Below, piece after piece: positions 11,074 through 21,159 of a DNA stretch of 64,000 bases. The notes under the pieces were generated by a model that saw only the letters and a program-made list of their open reading frames with translations, was not told the origin of the DNA and made no database searches. Position 1 is the first letter of the stretch; each line of letters starts with the position of its first letter. Origin of the DNA: an uncultured Clostridia bacterium (lineage in GTDB: Bacteria > Bacillota > Clostridia > Oscillospirales > Acutalibacteraceae); the NCBI GenBank assembly GCA_944384835.1, contig CALWUU010000043.1:50004-114003 (forward strand). The letters are read 5' to 3'. The position numbers and the translations under genes were made by a program.

Positions 11074-12150
11074 TCAATTTGCCCCTTTCTCTGATAAGAA
11101 TTGTGTACATAACTGTACCACCGTTTCATTTTCTTCCGGAGCGCCTGCTGTAATACGCAAATGGTCTCCCATATAGCGAATAGCAACGCTGTTGTCTAAC
11201 AGATACTCATACAATTCCTTTGCATACGGCGTACGCACAAACACAAAGTTGGTACAGCTGTGATATAAAAATAAACTGTTGGGAAATGTTTGTTCCAGTT
11301 GTTTCATAGCGTCAAACAGTTCTTTTTTAGCGTATAAAAGCGTAATAATCGCTTTGTCTATCATTTCCTTTTGATTTAACACTGCCGCGCCAAACGCCTG
11401 CGTTACTGTATTAACGTTATAAGGAGATTTCACGGCACGAATGGCATTGGTCAGCGTTTGATTTGCCACGGCAAATCCCAAACGAACCGCAGCCATACCA
11501 AATGCTTTGGAACAAGTGCGTAAAATAATCAGATTGTCATAAGATTCCACTTCCTGCAATAGTGACTGATCCCAAAAATCCATATATGCTTCGTCCAAGA
11601 TCACAAGAGCGCTTACGCAACGAATCAAGCGCCGTACTTCTTCTTTGCAAAGTCCCAAAGAAGTCGGATTGCATGGATTGGAAAAAATAATCATACGCGC
11701 TTGCTTTTCATTGGCTGTTTCAATGACTCTGTCTACGTTTATGGTTAAATCCTCATTTTTAGGAACTTCTATACATTCCGCTTCTACGATAGAAGTATAA
11801 AAACGGTACATAGAAAAGTCATGGGAAAGGGTAAGAACACGATCGCCTTTCATTAAGAAGGCAGACATTAACACTTGAATCAATTCGTCAGAGCCATTTC
11901 CTGCTGTTACCAAATTGCTGTTTACACCGTAATGACGTCCAAATGCCGTAACGGTTTCGTTGGCATATGGGTCGGGATAACGATTAAATGCAATTTGATT
12001 TACAGAGGTATGGAATTGCTCCATAATCTCACTTGGTACGGATAGAAAAGATTCATTGGCATCCAAACGAATGCGATACTCTCCCTGAATTGGGTCATAA
12101 GGTTTTAAATCTTTGATTTTTTCATTTAAACTGTAAGACACGTGTTCCAC
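11074..12150 (-). CDS. hisC: Histidinol-phosphate aminotransferase
   Basis: 358 aa class-II aminotransferase. Contains LDANE, NPCNPT and the SKAFG PLP lysine motif. Confidence 0.92.
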   Translation of the reverse strand: MEHVSYSLNEKIKDLKPYDPIQGEYRIRLDANESFLSVPSEIMEQFHTSVNQIAFNRYPDPYANETVTAFGRHYGVNSNLVTAGNGSDELIQVLMSAFLMKGDRVLTLSHDFSMYRFYTSIVEAECIEVPKNEDLTINVDRVIETANEKQARMIIFSNPCNPTSLGLCKEEVRRLIRCVSALVILDEAYMDFWDQSLLQEVESYDNLIILRTCSKAFGMAAVRLGFAVANQTLTNAIRAVKSPYNVNTVTQAFGAAVLNQKEMIDKAIITLLYAKKELFDAMKQLEQTFPNSLFLYHSCTNFVFVRTPYAKELYEYLLDNSVAIRYMGDHLRITAGAPEENETVVQLCTQFLSEKGAN

Positions 12151-12160
12151 CTCTTTTCTA

Positions 12161-13447
12161 TCATTCAGAACGCACTTTAATGGAGTTTGCGTGCGCTGTT
12201 AAACCTTCTGCTTCTGCCAAGGCGACAATATCATTTTTTGCCTCTTTCAGCGCATCTTGCGTGTAATAAATAAAGCTGGATTTTTTGACAAAGCTGTCAA
12301 CAGACAGCGGAGAGAAAAATCTTGCTGTTCCGCTGGTAGGCAAAACGTGATTTGGACCTGCATAATAATCGCCCAATGGTTCCGGTGAATAATTGCCAAG
12401 GAACAAAGAGCCTGCATTGTCCAAACGACCGATATATTCCAGCGGATTTTCCACACACACCTCCAAGTGTTCGGGAGCCAAATCATTTGCAAACTCAATG
12501 GCTTCATCCATGGTATCGCAAACAATCACCGCGCCGAAATCATCCAATGATTTGTTGATGATATCTTTTCTTTCCAGGTGTTCTACCTGCTCATAAATCT
12601 GAGCAATGGTCTCTTCTGCAATTTTTGAAGAAGTGGTAAGCAAAATTGCAGAAGCCAATACATCGTGCTCTGCCTGAGACATCAAATCCGCAGCCAAATA
12701 TTTTGGATTTGCAGTTTCATCTGCCACAATCAAAATTTCACTGGGACCTGCAATCATATCAATATCCACAGTACCGTATAAGTGTTTTTTTGCAGTGGCA
12801 ACAAAAATATTTCCCGGGCCAACAATTTTATCTACTTTCGGCATGGTTTCGGTACCGTATGCCAAAGCCGCAACTGCCTGTGCGCCGCCAACCAGGAATA
12901 CACGGTCAACGCCCGCTACCAAAGCCGCCGCCATAATATCCGGATTTGGTTTTCCGTCTTTGCCCGGAGGAGTAACCATTACAATTTCCTGGACGCCTGC
13001 AATTTTAGCAGGAATTGCGTTCATCAATACGGATGACGGATAAGCCGCCGTACCGCCGGGTACATAAATGCCTACTTTCGCAAGACCGCGTACGCGCTGT
13101 CCTAAAATAACGCCGTTGTCTTTTGTATCCAACCAGCTTTGTTGTTTTTGGCGGCTGTGGAACTCATAAATATTATTTGCCGCACGCTCTAAAGCTTCCA
13201 AAAAATAAGCGTCGCATTGCTTTGTCAGTTCTTTTAGCTGTTCTTTTGTAATTTCCACTTGCTCAGGGATACTGCCGTCAAATTTTAATGTATATTCCGC
13301 AACGGCTTTGTCTCCGTTATTGCGTACGTTTTCCAAAATATCAGCTACAATAGCGTCTACTTTTCTGTCTTTTTCATCACAGCGCTGTTTTAATTGCTGT
13401 ACGTAGGTACGTGTTGTATTTTCGTCTTTTTCTACCAACTGAATCAT
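12161..13447 (-). CDS. hisD: Histidinol dehydrogenase
   Basis: 428 aa. Contains GGAQA.AA.AYGT, the PSE..I.AD context and SQAEHD. Confidence 0.95.
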   Translation of the reverse strand: MIQLVEKDENTTRTYVQQLKQRCDEKDRKVDAIVADILENVRNNGDKAVAEYTLKFDGSIPEQVEITKEQLKELTKQCDAYFLEALERAANNIYEFHSRQKQQSWLDTKDNGVILGQRVRGLAKVGIYVPGGTAAYPSSVLMNAIPAKIAGVQEIVMVTPPGKDGKPNPDIMAAALVAGVDRVFLVGGAQAVAALAYGTETMPKVDKIVGPGNIFVATAKKHLYGTVDIDMIAGPSEILIVADETANPKYLAADLMSQAEHDVLASAILLTTSSKIAEETIAQIYEQVEHLERKDIINKSLDDFGAVIVCDTMDEAIEFANDLAPEHLEVCVENPLEYIGRLDNAGSLFLGNYSPEPLGDYYAGPNHVLPTSGTARFFSPLSVDSFVKKSSFIYYTQDALKEAKNDIVALAEAEGLTAHANSIKVRSE

Positions 13448-13449
13448 GA

Positions 13450-14085
13450 TTATTCCGTCTCCTTTGCTTGTTCCATTTGACCAATCAGTGTGTCAATTTC
13501 TCCCTTGCGAAGCTTCATGCTCGCCGTATTTACAATGAGTCTTGCAGAAATATCACACACTTTTTCTATAACTTCCAAACCGTTTTCTTTCAATGTGGAG
13601 CCAGTTTCCACAATATCAATAATGGCGTCTGACAACCCCAGCAACGGCGCCAGTTCCACAGAGCCTTCAATTTTGATAATTTTTACATCCATGCCTTTGC
13701 CTTCAAAAAAGCTGCGGGCAACATTGGGATATTTGGTTGCAATGGTTTTGGACGCATAACCGCCGTAAAAATCTGTGCCTTTTGGAGCGGCCAATGCAAA
13801 TTTACATTTGCCGAACCCTAAGTCCAATACTTCGTAAAAACTACTGCCGTTTTCAATGATGGTATCTTTTCCTACCACGCCCAAATCGCATACGCCGTGT
13901 TCCACATAGGTAATAACATCGGCAGCCTTTGCAAGAACAACTTCAAATTGATTGTCGCCGATAGGCAAAATCAACTTTCTGCCTTTTTCATGCACAGCAG
14001 TACAATCAAAACCAATGCGTTCAAACATTGCCACGGTATCCCGTTCCAGCCTGCCTTTTGTCAAAGCAATTCGTAATGGCTTCAT
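13450..14085 (-). CDS. hisG: ATP phosphoribosyltransferase, short form
   Basis: 211 aa. Begins [13 protein letters not shown] and contains D.VETG.TL. The short form is consistent with the adjacent hisZ. Confidence 0.93.
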   Translation of the reverse strand: MKPLRIALTKGRLERDTVAMFERIGFDCTAVHEKGRKLILPIGDNQFEVVLAKAADVITYVEHGVCDLGVVGKDTIIENGSSFYEVLDLGFGKCKFALAAPKGTDFYGGYASKTIATKYPNVARSFFEGKGMDVKIIKIEGSVELAPLLGLSDAIIDIVETGSTLKENGLEVIEKVCDISARLIVNTASMKLRKGEIDTLIGQMEQAKETE

Positions 14086-14098
14086 GTTGATTTATCCC

Positions 14099-15292
14099 CT
14101 ATCTTGTTAAAGTTTCTATTTTTTCACCTACAAAATCCACTCTTGAAATCCCCATTTGTTTGGCATAATCCAGAGATTCTTTTCTGGTGACAAAAATGCT
14201 GTTTTCACAGCGCAAACCATCGCCCACCAAGTTGGCGGCGTAGCAAATCGCTTTCATTTCGTAACCATCGTCACAATGTACCAATACGTCTACAGTTGGC
14301 GCTTTTTTGCCTTTTCCGTTATTGATTAAAATATCCGTAATGGCGTCTACATTCATTGCAAAACCAATGGCGGGCATGGGCGAGTCAAAGCTTGCAAGCA
14401 AATTGTCGTAACGTCCGCCTGTCAGCACCGCGTCGCCGCATCCTTCCACATAGGCGCTAAATACAATATCCGTATAGTAGTCGGTTCTTTGCACAAGTCC
14501 CAAATCTATCATAATATGGTCACCAATACCTAAATCCGTTAAGGCACTGTACAATTCCTGCAAATAGGAAAGGGTTTGGAACGCAGAATCATCCACACAG
14601 AACTGTGCCGCCTCTTTCAAAATTTCTTCTCCGCCGAACAAACGGGGCAAACGGCGCATTGCATTGACAGATTTGCTTTCTCCCAATTGATCCAGCACCA
14701 TATCAAGCGCCGCATAGTTTTTGGCTTCAATATATTGGCGAATATCTTCCCTTACTGTGTCGTCAATGGGCAGCTGGGCGGCAATAGCTTTGAAAAAGCC
14801 TGCATGTCCCAGCTCAATTCGAAAGTTTGGTACACATCGGCTAAGTGCTTCTATGGCAATTGCCAGCACTTCCAAATCCGCTCTGCGGCCTCTGGCGCCC
14901 AAAAGCTCAATGCCTGACTGCATGACTTCATCGTTGCGGCCGGTAAGGCCTGGATTGTTGCAATAAATATGCTGCGTATAATAAAGCCGAATGGGTTTTG
15001 GAAGATTTTGCAGCCTGGTTGCCGTTAATCTGGCAATGGGCATGGTAGAATCAGGGCGCATACAAACCAAACGTCCTCGTTTATCGCTCATTTTGTACAT
15101 GACTTCCTGACCAATACCTGAGGATTCCGTATCAAATACATCGTAAAATTCCAGTCCGGGTGTAATGACTTCATGAAATCCATGGGAAGAAAAGACATCT
15201 GCCAGCGTGCGTTCCACATAGCGATGTGTCAAGCATTCTTCAAACAGTAAATCTTTTGTCCCTTCCGGAGTTATTTTATGGTATTTTCTCAT
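14099..15292 (-). CDS. hisZ: ATP phosphoribosyltransferase regulatory subunit (HisRS paralog)
   Basis: 397 aa with a class-II aaRS-like core. First gene of the his operon, adjacent to a short hisG. Confidence 0.88.
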   Translation of the reverse strand: MRKYHKITPEGTKDLLFEECLTHRYVERTLADVFSSHGFHEVITPGLEFYDVFDTESSGIGQEVMYKMSDKRGRLVCMRPDSTMPIARLTATRLQNLPKPIRLYYTQHIYCNNPGLTGRNDEVMQSGIELLGARGRRADLEVLAIAIEALSRCVPNFRIELGHAGFFKAIAAQLPIDDTVREDIRQYIEAKNYAALDMVLDQLGESKSVNAMRRLPRLFGGEEILKEAAQFCVDDSAFQTLSYLQELYSALTDLGIGDHIMIDLGLVQRTDYYTDIVFSAYVEGCGDAVLTGGRYDNLLASFDSPMPAIGFAMNVDAITDILINNGKGKKAPTVDVLVHCDDGYEMKAICYAANLVGDGLRCENSIFVTRKESLDYAKQMGISRVDFVGEKIETLTR

Positions 15293-15339
15293 GATTTCAT
15301 CCCACCATTTCGATGTTATTTTTTCTTCATCACTTTAGC

Positions 15340-15376
15340 ATGCTAATATAATAACATATTAGCATAAGAATGTAAA
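15340..15376 (-). promoter_or_regulatory. Candidate his-operon promoter with an overlapping palindromic operator
   Basis: The minus strand reads TTTACA (15376-15371), a 17-nt spacer, then TATTAT (15353-15348). The inverted repeat ATGCTAATAT-N6-ATATTAGCAT (15340-15365) spans the spacer and the -10 hexamer. Confidence 0.45.
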
Positions 15377-15403
15377 TGATAAAATTAAATAAAGATTTTT
15401 GGT

Positions 15404-18400
15404 TTAGAACATGGTCATTTGGCTACTTTCAGGCAAACCTTTTAACGCGCCTGCCTGCTGGAGCATTTCAATCACTGTTTTGGAAACTTTGGAGCGCACC
15501 TGTAAATCATCAACGGAAATATACTCCCCTCCTGTTTCCCTTGCAGCTGCAAGACTTTGTGCAGCTGCATCGCCAACACCTGACAAAGAAGCAAACGGTA
15601 AACGGATTTTTCCGTCTTCCACCAAAAATTTGACCGCATCGGATTTATATAAGTCCACAGGAAGCACCTGAATTCCCCGTGCCAGCATTTCATTGGCAAT
15701 TTGGAATGTTGCGTACATATCCTCTTCTTTTTTGGTTGCCTCTTTCCCCTTCATGGTAATTTCCTGCATTTTTCTTTTTACCGCTTCTTTCCCTAAAATA
15801 ACGGTAGCTCCGTCAAAGTCTTCACCGCGCACAGTAAAGTAAGCTGCATAGTATTCCAGCGGTTTATGTACCTTATACCAGCCTAAGCGCAGGGTTGCAA
15901 TCATGTATGCCGCCGCGTGGGCTTTTGGAAACATATATTTAATTTTCATACAGGAATCTATGTACCATTGAGGAACATCGTGTTCTTTCATAGCATTGAT
16001 ATGCTCTTCGGTTAACAAGGTTGCAGCTTTACCCTTACGGGTAATCTCCATAATTTTAAAGGCCATTTTAGGCTCTAAGCCTTTTAGCATTAAGTAAGTC
16101 ATAATACTGTCACGAGTACCAATAACCTCTGAAATGGTACATACTTTATTTTTAATCAGGTCTTGTGCGTTGCCCAGCCAAACGTCAGTACCATGGGACA
16201 AACCGGAAACCTGAAGTAAGTCGGAAAAGGTTTTCGGCTGTGCGTCAATCAGCATTTGACGTACAAAGCTGGTGCCAACCTCAGGCAAAGAGAAGGTACC
16301 TGTTTCAGAGTCAATATCTTCCGGCGTCACTCCCAGCGCTTCTGTGGAGGTAAACAGAGACATGACCTGGGGATCACTCATGGAAACATCCATCACCGAA
16401 ATACCGGTATAATCTTCCAAATAGCGGTATATGGTAGGAACATCGTGTCCCAGCTCGTCAAGCTTACAAATGGTATCGTGAATGGAATGGAAGTCGAAGT
16501 GGGTTGTAATATTATCGGACTTTTGGTCATTGGCAGGACGCTGTACGGGACAGAAATCATAAATTTCCATACCTCTTGGCACAACAACCATACCGCCCGG
16601 GTGCTGACCTGTGGTACGTTTTACGCCTGTACAGCCGATAGCCAACCGCAGTTCTTCTGCACGGTGCATGGTAATGCCTTTTTCCTCACAATATTTTTTC
16701 ACGTAGCCAATGGCTGTTTTATCTGCAATGGTACCAATGGTACCCGCTTTAAACACGTTGTCTTTGCCAAATAATGTTTCTGTATAGCGGTGTGCTTCAC
16801 TTTGATATTCACCTGAAAAGTTCAGGTCAATATCAGGCGTTTTATCGCCGTCAAATCCAAGGAAGGTTTCAAATGGAATGGTATGTCCGTCACGATTTAA
16901 CAACGTACCGCAATGAGGACATTTTTTTTCAGGCAAGTCAAAACCGGAACCATAGCTGCCGTCTGTAATAAATTCACTGTATTTGCAGTTTGGACAAACA
17001 TAATGGGGTTCCAAAGGATTTACTTCGGAAATACCGGACATGGTAGCAACAAACGAAGAGCCAACGGAACCACGGGAACCTACCTGATAGCCATGAGCCA
17101 CAGAATCTGCAACCAGCTTTTGCGCGGTCATATACAGTACGGAGAAACCATGTTTTGTAATAGAACCAAGTTCTTTGTCCAAACGATTTTTTACCAACTC
17201 GGGAACAGGATCACCATAGATTTCTTTTGCTCTTTCCCATGTAATACGAATCAAATCTTCTTCCGCACCGTCAATGAACGGAGGAAATACACCAGGTGGA
17301 ATTGGGCTGACATCTTCCACCATATCCGCAATTTTACGGCTGTTGGTAACAACGACTTCATACGCTTTTTCTTTTCCTAAATAAGCAAATTCCTCCAGCA
17401 TTTCCGCCGTCGTTCGCATATATAAAGGCGCTTGCTTGTCTGTATCACCGAATCCTTTGCTTGCCATCAAAATTTTTCGATAATCTCCATCTTTAGGGTC
17501 TAAGAAATGAACATCGCAGGTCGCGACGACCGGCTTGTTCATCTCCTCGCCCAATTTCACAATGGTTCGGTTAAACTCTCGCAGTGCTTCTACATCAGGA
17601 ACTTTTCCTTCTTCCACCATGAACATATTGTTTCCCACCGGTTGAATTTCCAGATAATCATAAAAGCCTGCAATTTCTTTTAATTTATCCCAAGGCTGTC
17701 CGTTAAAAACAGCACGGAACAATTCACCTGACTCGCATGCACTGCCCAGCAGCAAGCCTTCACGGTATTTTACCAGTTCGCTTTTGGGGATACGCGGATT
17801 TTTATAAAAATACTCCAAATGGGCTTTTGAAATGAGGCGATATAGATTTTTTAATCCCACCTGATTTTGCACCAAGATAATTTGATGTGCAGGCTGAATT
17901 TTTTTGCTGTCTCCCCCTGTCAGTGATGTGTTGATGTCCTGAACAACAGAAGCTCCTGTATCTTCTTTTAGACGCACCAACAGATTTGCCAAAATTTTTG
18001 CAAGAACGGTTGCGTCATCGCTGGCACGGTGGTGATTAAACGGGTCTAATTTTAAATATTTTGCAACTGTGTCTAATTTACAGTTTTTAATATCTTTCAG
18101 CATGGCACGGCACATGGGAACTGTATCAATATACGGATATGTAAACCCCATATCATGACGCTGTGCAGCCATACGAATAAAGGCTGTGTCAAAGTTTGCA
18201 TTATGAGCAACCAAAACCGCATCTTTTCCACAAAATTCATAAAATGCACGCACCGCCTCTTCTTCAGAGGGCGCATCCTTTACCATTTCGTCTGTAATGC
18301 CGGTTAACTGAGTAATTTTTTCCGGAATGTGCTGTTCCGGATTGACAAACGTATTAAAGCTATCTATAATTTCTCCGTTTTTTAATTTCACGGCGCCTAT

Positions 18401-19744
18401 TTCCGTTAAGCGGTCTGTATTTGGACTTAAACCTGTTGTTTCTACGTCAAAGCAAATAAATTCATCGTCCAAACTGCGCTGTGATTCACCTGTTAAAGCC
18501 GGCACCATATCATTGACAAAATAAGCTTCCACGCCGTAAATAACTTTAAACTCCCCGCCGTTTTTGCGAATTTTATTGACCGCGTTCATAGCATCAGGAA
18601 ATGCCTGCGCCACACCGTGGTCAGTGATGGCAATGGCAGGCTGTCCCCATTTGTAGGCACGGTTGATTAAGTCGCTGGCAGCATTGATGCCGTCCATGCT
18701 GGACATATTGGTATGTAAATGCAGTTCTACGCGTTTTTCTTCTGCCTTGTCCACTACCTGAAGCAATTCTACCGTTGCAATTCCGCGTACGCGACATACA
18801 ATCTCACGGTCATACTTATCGTATTCAATTTCGCCGCGGGTCAAAATAGCGCCGCCTTTTTTCAGCATATCCAAAGGACGGCAGTTTGCTGCGTCATCTA
18901 TGATTTTTAAGGTCATGGAACCTGTATAATCTGTAATTTTAATGGAGTAAATTTTTTTGCTCTTATCTCTGGTGAAACGTTCCTCCAAATCAAAAATTTC
19001 ACCCCAAATGGTAACATTGCCGGCATCCGGAGTTACGTTTCCAATTGCAATGGTTTTTCCTTTCACAGGCCGTCCGTAAATATCACGTGCAGTATTGGGC
19101 AAAATGGTAGGCATTAACGTATCGTTTGTACGTACCTCAGTGGTTTTCGGATTGGGACGTTCCTGCATAGACGCTTCATAGTGTTCCACTTGTTCTATTA
19201 CTTGCTCGCGCCGTATGGTTTCTTCCTGCTGCTTTTGGCGTTCAATGTAAACGGAACTTTCGTTGTCTATGGCTAGAGTTCCGCCAAAACTTACTGTCAG
19301 AGGAATACCAAATTCATCCATAACCATTTTTTGCAGAGAACGATCCACATGGCGTTTCTTTAACAATTCAAATCCGCCGTGCATTAATGTAATATTTAAC
19401 TTTTCATCTTGTAAATTCACTTGGGCATCCTTAAAACAACCTGATAAGCTGGCATCACGGCGTTTCAATTCGTAAAAAATTTCATTGACATATGCTTCAG
19501 AAAAACGTTCTTTTGGAAAATGGGGAAACAACTCAACTCTTTGCAAATCTAACGGTGACTTTCCAATCGCTTTTTCCAAAGCAATTAAATCTTTACGCTG
19601 TACCAAATCAAAAAAAGATACCTGCAAAGACAGCATTCGCATGCTTTGATTGATTTCTACTTTTAAAATTTCACCTTGCGCAACTGTTTCCGGCAATTTA
19701 GAAACATCAATATATGACTGAAAAAATGTACTGATCCTGTTCAA
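15404..19744 (-). CDS. polC: DNA polymerase III alpha subunit, PolC type
   Basis: 1446 aa. Has a PHP domain, an inserted DEDDh exonuclease domain (FDVETTGL, HNANFD, HRASDDA) and the polymerase core. Confidence 0.97.
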   Translation of the reverse strand: MNRISTFFQSYIDVSKLPETVAQGEILKVEINQSMRMLSLQVSFFDLVQRKDLIALEKAIGKSPLDLQRVELFPHFPKERFSEAYVNEIFYELKRRDASLSGCFKDAQVNLQDEKLNITLMHGGFELLKKRHVDRSLQKMVMDEFGIPLTVSFGGTLAIDNESSVYIERQKQQEETIRREQVIEQVEHYEASMQERPNPKTTEVRTNDTLMPTILPNTARDIYGRPVKGKTIAIGNVTPDAGNVTIWGEIFDLEERFTRDKSKKIYSIKITDYTGSMTLKIIDDAANCRPLDMLKKGGAILTRGEIEYDKYDREIVCRVRGIATVELLQVVDKAEEKRVELHLHTNMSSMDGINAASDLINRAYKWGQPAIAITDHGVAQAFPDAMNAVNKIRKNGGEFKVIYGVEAYFVNDMVPALTGESQRSLDDEFICFDVETTGLSPNTDRLTEIGAVKLKNGEIIDSFNTFVNPEQHIPEKITQLTGITDEMVKDAPSEEEAVRAFYEFCGKDAVLVAHNANFDTAFIRMAAQRHDMGFTYPYIDTVPMCRAMLKDIKNCKLDTVAKYLKLDPFNHHRASDDATVLAKILANLLVRLKEDTGASVVQDINTSLTGGDSKKIQPAHQIILVQNQVGLKNLYRLISKAHLEYFYKNPRIPKSELVKYREGLLLGSACESGELFRAVFNGQPWDKLKEIAGFYDYLEIQPVGNNMFMVEEGKVPDVEALREFNRTIVKLGEEMNKPVVATCDVHFLDPKDGDYRKILMASKGFGDTDKQAPLYMRTTAEMLEEFAYLGKEKAYEVVVTNSRKIADMVEDVSPIPPGVFPPFIDGAEEDLIRITWERAKEIYGDPVPELVKNRLDKELGSITKHGFSVLYMTAQKLVADSVAHGYQVGSRGSVGSSFVATMSGISEVNPLEPHYVCPNCKYSEFITDGSYGSGFDLPEKKCPHCGTLLNRDGHTIPFETFLGFDGDKTPDIDLNFSGEYQSEAHRYTETLFGKDNVFKAGTIGTIADKTAIGYVKKYCEEKGITMHRAEELRLAIGCTGVKRTTGQHPGGMVVVPRGMEIYDFCPVQRPANDQKSDNITTHFDFHSIHDTICKLDELGHDVPTIYRYLEDYTGISVMDVSMSDPQVMSLFTSTEALGVTPEDIDSETGTFSLPEVGTSFVRQMLIDAQPKTFSDLLQVSGLSHGTDVWLGNAQDLIKNKVCTISEVIGTRDSIMTYLMLKGLEPKMAFKIMEITRKGKAATLLTEEHINAMKEHDVPQWYIDSCMKIKYMFPKAHAAAYMIATLRLGWYKVHKPLEYYAAYFTVRGEDFDGATVILGKEAVKRKMQEITMKGKEATKKEEDMYATFQIANEMLARGIQVLPVDLYKSDAVKFLVEDGKIRLPFASLSGVGDAAAQSLAAARETGGEYISVDDLQVRSKVSKTVIEMLQQAGALKGLPESSQMTMF

Positions 19745-19759
19745 ATTATCCCGTTCCTT

Positions 19760-20809
19760 TTACATCTTTAAAATTTCTTCCATTAATGTATCAATTAAAA
19801 TATCTTCCGGTACTTTTTTAATTACTTCGCCTTTTTTGAATATCAAACCTACTCCGTCTCCGCCGGCAATCCCAATATCAGCTTCTTTTGCTTCACCCGG
19901 TCCGTTTACAGCACATCCCATTACAGCTACTTTCAACGGCTTATGACAGTCCTTCAAACGTTGTTCTACTTCATTGGCAATACCGATTAAGTCAATTTTT
20001 GCTCTGCCGCAGCTTGGACAGGAAATCATTTGAGGAGTTGTACTATCAAGATCCAATGCTTTTAAAATATCTTTTCCTGCCGCAATTTCTTTGACCGGGT
20101 CGGCAGTCAGAGAAACACGTATGGTATCGCCAATACCACGCTGTAACAGCGAACCGATTCCTATAGCAGATTTAATCAAACCCATACGCTCGGTTCCCGC
20201 TTCCGTTACACCTAAATGCAATGGATAATCACACTGCTGAGCCGTTAGTTCATATGCTTTTATCATGATATCCACATTAGATGACTTGATGGAAAGCACA
20301 ATATCATTAAAATCAAATTTTTCCAATAGCGACGCATGATGCAGTGCACTTTCACAAAGCGCCTGCGGCGTAGGTCCTCCATATTTTTTCAAAATTTCTT
20401 TTTCTACAGATCCGGAATTGACGCCAATACGAATGGGAATATGTTTCTCTTTGCACACTTGCGCTACCGCTTTGACACGGTCATCGGAACCGATATTTCC
20501 CGGATTAATTCTGATTTTATCAATGCCTGCGGCCGCAGCGTCTAAAGCCAGTTTATAATCAAAATGTATATCTGCAACCAAAGGAATGGTAATTGCTTCT
20601 TTTATAGCAGGAATTAAAGCAACTGCATTCTTATTTGGGATTGCAACACGCACAATTTGGCATCCTGCTTTTTCCAAAGCAATTGCCTGTGCAACATTCC
20701 CTGCAATATCATCTGGCGCAGCATTTAACATAGACTGCACGCTGATCGGCGTATTTCCTCCGATTGCCAACGCTCCTGCATATACCGTTTTGCTGTGTCG
20801 TCTGTTCAT
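19760..20809 (-). CDS. ispG: 4-hydroxy-3-methylbut-2-en-1-yl diphosphate synthase
   Basis: ORF 19760-20878. Start placed at ATG 20809 (MNRRHSKTVYAG) after AGGAGAGGTG. Contains the cluster cysteines CPSCGR and GCAVNGPGE. Confidence 0.93.
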   Translation of the reverse strand: MNRRHSKTVYAGALAIGGNTPISVQSMLNAAPDDIAGNVAQAIALEKAGCQIVRVAIPNKNAVALIPAIKEAITIPLVADIHFDYKLALDAAAAGIDKIRINPGNIGSDDRVKAVAQVCKEKHIPIRIGVNSGSVEKEILKKYGGPTPQALCESALHHASLLEKFDFNDIVLSIKSSNVDIMIKAYELTAQQCDYPLHLGVTEAGTERMGLIKSAIGIGSLLQRGIGDTIRVSLTADPVKEIAAGKDILKALDLDSTTPQMISCPSCGRAKIDLIGIANEVEQRLKDCHKPLKVAVMGCAVNGPGEAKEADIGIAGGDGVGLIFKKGEVIKKVPEDILIDTLMEEILKM

Positions 20810-20849
20810 AAAATCACCTCTCCTTTTACGAAATGTTATCTTTTCTGTC

Positions 20850-20882
20850 ATTATAACATAAAAGAAATTGCACAGCAATTTC
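20850..20882 (-). promoter_or_regulatory. Candidate ispG promoter carrying the AAATTGC-N3-GCAATTT palindrome
   Basis: The minus strand reads TTGCTG (20878-20873), a 17-nt spacer, then TATAAT (20855-20850). The palindrome gaaattgcacagcaatttc occupies 20864-20882. Confidence 0.5.
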
Positions 20883-20957
20883 TAACATATAAACGTTAAA
20901 ACGTTCTCTTAACAGCCAAAATTTTTAATTTTGTTGCTGTTTTGAGGTTGTTATAAT
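20851..20957. repeat. Intergenic module copy A1, about 107 nt
   Basis: Aligns by eye at roughly 80 percent identity with 38116-38219. Contains the promoter block, an AACGTT repeat, a hairpin (20911-20941) and the TGAGGTTGTTATAA end. Confidence 0.75.
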
Positions 20958-21060
20958 ATAAAAGAAATTGTGAAATAATTTATAACCTGTAATGGTTGCA
21001 ATGTTCTTCTTGACAGTCAAAATTTTGAACATTGAAAAGTGTTACTTTCATGGTTTGTTT
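20951..21060. repeat. Intergenic module copy A2, a degenerate tandem copy
   Basis: TTATAATATAAAAGAAATTGTGAAATAATTTATAAC...AATGTTCTTCTTGACAGTCAAAATTTT parallels the first 75 nt or so of copy A1. Confidence 0.6.
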
Positions 21061-21099
21061 TCTGAAAGGTTGGAATACCATTTTTATTGTTTTTACAGA

Positions 21100-21143
21100 A
21101 AAAGCCAACCAAATTTCTCAACAAAAATTCGGTTGGCTTTTAT
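21100..21143 (-). terminator. Terminator after rseP
   Basis: gccaaccaaattt and aaattcggttggc form a 13-bp stem with one mismatch, flanked by T-runs on both strands. Confidence 0.7.
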
Positions 21144-21159
21144 TCTGTTTTGTATAAGG

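Noticed and set aside
15293-15403. Possible T-box riboswitch or leader-peptide attenuator upstream of hisZ.
   Set aside because: Only about 110 nt are available. I saw no specifier or T-box sequence and no His-codon-rich small ORF.
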